Part shown: one piece after another, positions 62,336 to 64,000 of the stretch | Layout of the letters: each line of letters opens with the position of its first letter | Numbering within the stretch: position 1 is the first letter of the stretch | Assembly: GCF_963676685.1 (NCBI RefSeq) | Contig: NC_092351.1 | Span: forward strand, 63,426,001 to 63,490,000 | Source of the DNA: Mytilus edulis | Taxonomy: Eukaryota | Length of the DNA: 64,000 nt | Direction of reading: 5' to 3' | Position numbers and translations under genes: made by a program | The notes under the pieces: model-generated | Seen by the model: the letters and a program-made list of their open reading frames with translations, nothing else | What the model was told of the DNA's origin: nothing | The model's database searches: none

Positions 62336-62455
62336 TTATGGGTTCATAATTCATAATTTTGGCGTGACAAATCCTACTGGAGGTAAACTGTTTTTTGGAT
62401 CCTCAATGCTCTTCAACTTTGTACTAGTTTGGGTTTATAAATATTTTTGATTTGA

Positions 62456-62499
62456 GCGTCACTGATGAGTCTTATGTCGAGGAAACGTGCGTCTGACGT
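62456..62499 (+). ncRNA. Type I hammerhead 1 (intact core and GUC site, damaged stem II)
   Basis: GCGUCA-CUGAUGA-GUCU UAUGU CGAG-GAAA-CGUGCG-UC^-UGACGU. Confidence 0.8.
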
Positions 62500-62555
62500 A
62501 CTAAATTATAATCCTGGTACTTTTGATAACTATTTAAACCACTGGGTCGATGTCA

Positions 62556-62600
62556 CTGCTGGTGGACGTTTCGTCCCCGAGGGTATCACCAGCCCAGTAG
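62556..62600 (-). ncRNA. Antisense hammerhead-like motif (variant or relic) inside the retrozyme unit
   Basis: CUACUGGG-CUGGUGA-UACCC UCG GGGAC-GAAA-CGUC^-CACCAGCAG. Confidence 0.5.
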
Positions 62601-62813
62601 TCAACACTTCGGTGTTGACATGAATATCAATAATGTGGTCATTTTTATAAATTTCCCGTATAAAAAACTTTGAACTTTTTGAAAAACTAAGGATTTTCTT
62701 ATCCCAGGCACATAGATTACCTTAGCCGTATTTGGCACAACTTTTTGGAATTTTGGATCCTCAATGCTCTTCAACTTTGTACTAGTTTGGGTTTATAAAT
62801 ATTTTTGATTTGA

Positions 62814-62857
62814 GCGTCACTGATGAGTCTTATGTAGACGAAACGCGCGACTGGCGT
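62814..62857 (+). ncRNA. Type I hammerhead 2 (intact core and stem II, cleavage triplet GAC instead of GUC)
   Basis: GCGUCA-CUGAUGA-GUCU UAUGU AGAC-GAAA-CGCGCG-AC-UGGCGU. Confidence 0.8.
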
Positions 62858-62949
62858 ACTAAATTATAATCCTGGTACCTTTGATAACTAATTACCATTA
62901 TATTTTGTTTGAAAATAAGGTGTTTCAAATTTTTTAATGATTAATACTG

Positions 62950-63410
62950 AACAATTTGTGTGTGATTTGCTTGTGATTTGTTAATGATTTGAAAACCAAT
63001 TGTTTGAAATTTCTTAACAATTTGAAAACAATCTGTTTGTGATTTGTTTTAAATAGTAGTGTAATTTGCTTGTGATTTGTTTATGATTTGGCAACAATTT
63101 GTTTAAGATTTCTTTACAATTTGTTTGTGATTTACTCATGATTTGAAAGCAATTAATTTGTGATTTGTTGTTCTGTTCATTTGCATGTTTATGATTTCTT
63201 TGTAATTTGTTTGTGATTTGTTGTTCTGATCATTTGCATATTTATGATTTCTTTGCAATCTATTTGTGATTTCCTTAAGAATTAAAAGCAATTTGTTTGT
63301 GATTTGTTGTTGTGATTTGTTAGCTCATTTGCATGTGAAATTTTATCACTTTCAAATCATAAAGAAATCATATGATTTGTTTATAATTTGTTTAAATGAT
63401 TTGTTCCTTA
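62950..63410. repeat. Degenerate TGTGATTTG(C/T)T minisatellite (~11-bp period)
   Basis: Recurrent TTGTGATTTG / ATGATTTG / CAATTTG units. Confidence 0.7.
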
Positions 63411-64000
63411 GTTTTTTTGTTTGTTTGGGTGTCTAGAGCGCTGGACATGTGTATATATACTTCATTAAAGCTCAATTCAATCATACTCTCGGTTCTTTCA
63501 AACATCAGAATTCAAAGTCTCGACATTTTATTACAGATAAAGGTGTAAGACCTTTGACTGAATACCTTCTTATAAAATTTCAAAGAGATCCATTCATGTA
63601 AACTAAAGTTCTTGTCCGAAACCAATTGTGTCCTCGGACGACGCAGACAAAGACGAAATCATACCATTATACGATCTCAAAAAATGTTTTTGCAGTCGTA
63701 TAAAAATGAGTGGCAAAAGATACAAACATGACCAGAGGGACATTCAAACTCAAAGAAAAAAAGACAAACAAATAAAATACAGCACAAAACACAGCATAGG
63801 AAACTAAAGACTACATGGACTTTAAACAATACGAACTCCACCAAACACTTTGGATGATAACTCCACCAAACACTTTGGATGATCTCAGATCTTCCATAAA
63901 GATAATTATATATACTGAAATCTTTCTAGTTTGATTAAAAACGATTCTATATTCTAAATATATCAAGTTGAAGGAAATAGATACAGTCGAGGATACAACT

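Larger units (their letters stand above)
62392..62892 (+). mobile_element. Retrozyme: one 358-bp unit plus ~140-bp terminal redundancy, delimited by two type I hammerheads
   Basis: 62392-62532 is repeated at 62750-62890. Hammerhead cores are 358 nt apart. cUUCGg hairpin GTCAACAC-TTCG-GTGTTGAC at 62600-62619. Confidence 0.88.

Overview
AT-rich eukaryotic genomic DNA, almost certainly from a bivalve mollusc. The dispersed repeats and hammerhead repeats resemble Mytilus families, but this is recognition, not a database hit. No intact host gene is evident. The window is a nested transposon graveyard. Retroelements include a tyrosine-recombinase-type (DIRS/Ngaro) relic with SGNH esterase and gag-like ORF, a young 5'-truncated RTE-X/CR1-group LINE with an open ORF, an L1/Tx1 LINE inserted (13-bp TSD) into a P-element transposase, and Gypsy and Penelope fragments. 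DNA-transposon relics include intron-containing MULE and hAT transposases, two Academ-type transposases, and Kolobok/Mutator-like, Helentron-endonuclease, vertnin-like and BEN-domain fragments, plus several non-autonomous TIR elements. A local segmental duplication (~20.5-27.2 kb vs ~45.9-53.7 kb) has different insertions in each copy and so provides empty/filled site pairs. The most interesting layer is RNA-level. There are type I hammerhead ribozymes, including a ~358-nt retrozyme unit at 62.4-62.9 kb. Its two sense hammerheads carry complementary lesions, and it also contains a hammerhead-like motif on the opposite strand. A Deu/Nin-like SINE has no recognisable tRNA head, and its precise 5' end recurs as short head-only pieces at junctions between unrelated fragments.
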